Positions 62,443 to 64,000 of a stretch of 64,000 bases of DNA are shown here, one piece after another. Origin of the DNA: Nematocida ausubeli (taxonomy: Eukaryota). The notes beneath the pieces were generated by a model. That model did no database searches. It saw only the letters and a list, made by a program, of their open reading frames with translations, and was not told the origin of the DNA. The stretch lies in NCBI RefSeq assembly GCF_000738915.1, contig NW_026515636.1:397175-461174 (forward strand), written 5' to 3'. The translations under genes and the position numbers were made by a program. Every line of letters starts with the position of its first letter. Positions within the stretch are counted from its first letter, which is position 1.

Positions 62443-64000
62443 CTATGTTGCTATAGATGGGGTTAGAAGCTTGTAAAAAATCAAGTCTTTTGCCACGTCA
62501 GGCCGGCCCTTCAGCACTTCAACTATTGTTGGGATAATCACAAAAGATAGCATGAATAAGGAGTACAGCCCCAGAATGTACACTCTCATTGATAGGTCAC
62601 TTAGAATACCAAATTTCTTTGGAATTTCAAACTTCATGGTAATGGGGTTTAGACTGCCCCAGAGTGTAAAGGCAGCCCATGCAACAAGTAGAAGAATGGC
62701 TACTAGAGTTAACATGATTAAGCATGTAGTTAAGTAAGATTTCCAGTTATTATCATACACAGACATATCAGCAACTTTTATAAGCTCTGATGAATACATT
62801 CCTATCTTTATGTACTTAAATGCATCAAAGAAAGACAAAAAGCCAGAGAAGAACATCGTAAAAGTAGATATTAAAAGACAAACAAGGCTAGACGCAAAGT
62901 TAATTTTATCCCCTGTGGTTACTCTTCTCTTGAAAAGTGAAGTTAAGAAAAAGAATGAACTGTACAGCGCACTTAGCATAGATACAAAAATGCTTTCTTT
63001 AAATCCAGTGAATATAACATTTTCAGCCTGGCTTGACACACCTTCAACTATGTTGCCCCATGTGCTTTGGTTTTTATTTTGGTAGTATCCTAGGATAGAT
63101 CCAAATGCCAAACTGCTCAGTCGAACAAACACAGAGAATATCCAATTCATGACACCTATCGACATTACAAAGAGGAACTGTTTGAGGCCTGAGGCATTCA
63201 AAAACCATCCACCCAACCCACTCAGCATCTCAATCAGCTGTGCACCAGAGGTTGGCGCAAAGATGAAAAGCAAGAATCCCAGGGGGAAAGTCATTGTAGC
63301 TGCCCAAAACCCCATAACATCTGAAAAGTGTATTTTGACATATTTTCTCCTTCTAATTAAGGCATTTGCCTCTCCCTGATATATTTGCTTATCCTCCTTC
63401 TTAATTAGATTCGCGTCAGGTTCTTGGCCATCTGCCACATTCAGCTTATGGTCAGATGGCTTTTCCCCAATTACATTGACTCGAGGGCCCTTATCACTTG
63501 GAGTGAGTAGGTCTATGTCTAGGTCTGGGGCTGGCCCATCTGAGGTAAGCTTAAACTCTCCTTTATCAAGATCATTCGGGTTTAGAGTAAAGAAAAAGTC
63601 TTTGAAGTACAGAAAAACAAATGAAAGTAAAGTGATGAAGGTGAAAAGAGTGCCAAATGCCCATATAGCGGCTATATTACCAGAGAATTGCATGCCAATG
63701 ACTGTGGTTAGTATCCAAAAAACTCCAGTAGATAGACCAGCAGATCCACATGTCGTAAGAATAACTCCAGCAATAGTTGAAAAAAGGTTAAACTTAATGC
63801 TGTAGATTCTCTCTAGCAAATTTGAAATACCAAAGACCCCAAAAGCAATTGTACTCATCCATGTGAACATAGTTATGTCAGTAACTAATACTTGCAGTAC
63901 AGTGTAAGGTAGAAGTTTTATATTAAATAGGCTGTAAATAAAATTGCTGTTGAAAAGCATCCAAATAGACCCAATAAACATAGAGGCTATTGCGACACCA
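62443..64000 (-). CDS. Polytopic membrane protein of unknown function, 5' end beyond the window
   Basis: Ten or more hydrophobic segments and one large loop. The frame stays open upstream of ATG 63981 to the window edge (GVAIASMFIG...). Confidence 0.75.
   Translation of the reverse strand, partial: GVAIASMFIGSIWMLFNSNFIYSLFNIKLLPYTVLQVLVTDITMFTWMSTIAFGVFGISNLLERIYSIKFNLFSTIAGVILTTCGSAGLSTGVFWILTTVIGMQFSGNIAAIWAFGTLFTFITLLSFVFLYFKDFFFTLNPNDLDKGEFKLTSDGPAPDLDIDLLTPSDKGPRVNVIGEKPSDHKLNVADGQEPDANLIKKEDKQIYQGEANALIRRRKYVKIHFSDVMGFWAATMTFPLGFLLFIFAPTSGAQLIEMLSGLGGWFLNASGLKQFLFVMSIGVMNWIFSVFVRLSSLAFGSILGYYQNKNQSTWGNIVEGVSSQAENVIFTGFKESIFVSMLSALYSSFFFLTSLFKRRVTTGDKINFASSLVCLLISTFTMFFSGFLSFFDAFKYIKIGMYSSELIKVADMSVYDNNWKSYLTTCLIMLTLVAILLLVAWAAFTLWGSLNPITMKFEIPKKFGILSDLSMRVYILGLYSLFMLSFVIIPTIVEVLKGRPDVAKDLIFYKLLTPSIAT

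Overview
Eukaryotic, gene-dense, apparently intron-less DNA from a microsporidian, most likely Nematocida. This is inferred from the divergent housekeeping proteins, AAATTT..CCC signals upstream of start codons, a Nematocida large-gene-family-type secreted protein, and about 1% allelic divergence. Core genes: TAF1 (partial, missing from the ORF track), an E2 Ubc, LAG1, FAD-G3P dehydrogenase, DNA Pol epsilon, CK2-beta, TAF6, importin-beta, Got1, Vps53, Ufd1, XPA, thioredoxin reductase, Uso1 head, PABP, a DnaJ, RPP1, HAP5, V-ATPase B and Sen1. Also present are remote Med22-like and Ada3-like proteins, a 5S rRNA, tRNA-Ala(CGC) and several lineage-specific membrane or secreted proteins. Most notable observations: (1) an in-frame UGA at the conserved Trp of G3PDH with the frame open for 93 more codons; (2) a 156-aa 'mini thioredoxin reductase' lacking the NADPH/CxxC domain, 3 kb from the intact enzyme; (3) two distant 2-TM paralogues with RxAR|SV motifs flanking POL2; (4) an exact intergenic 11-mer ATATAACCCGA occurring four times; (5) a gag-type CCHC relic; (6) a 33-bp coding VNTR; (7) an uncollapsed haplotype duplication around a 100-N gap. 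All protein identities come from motif recall, not database searches.
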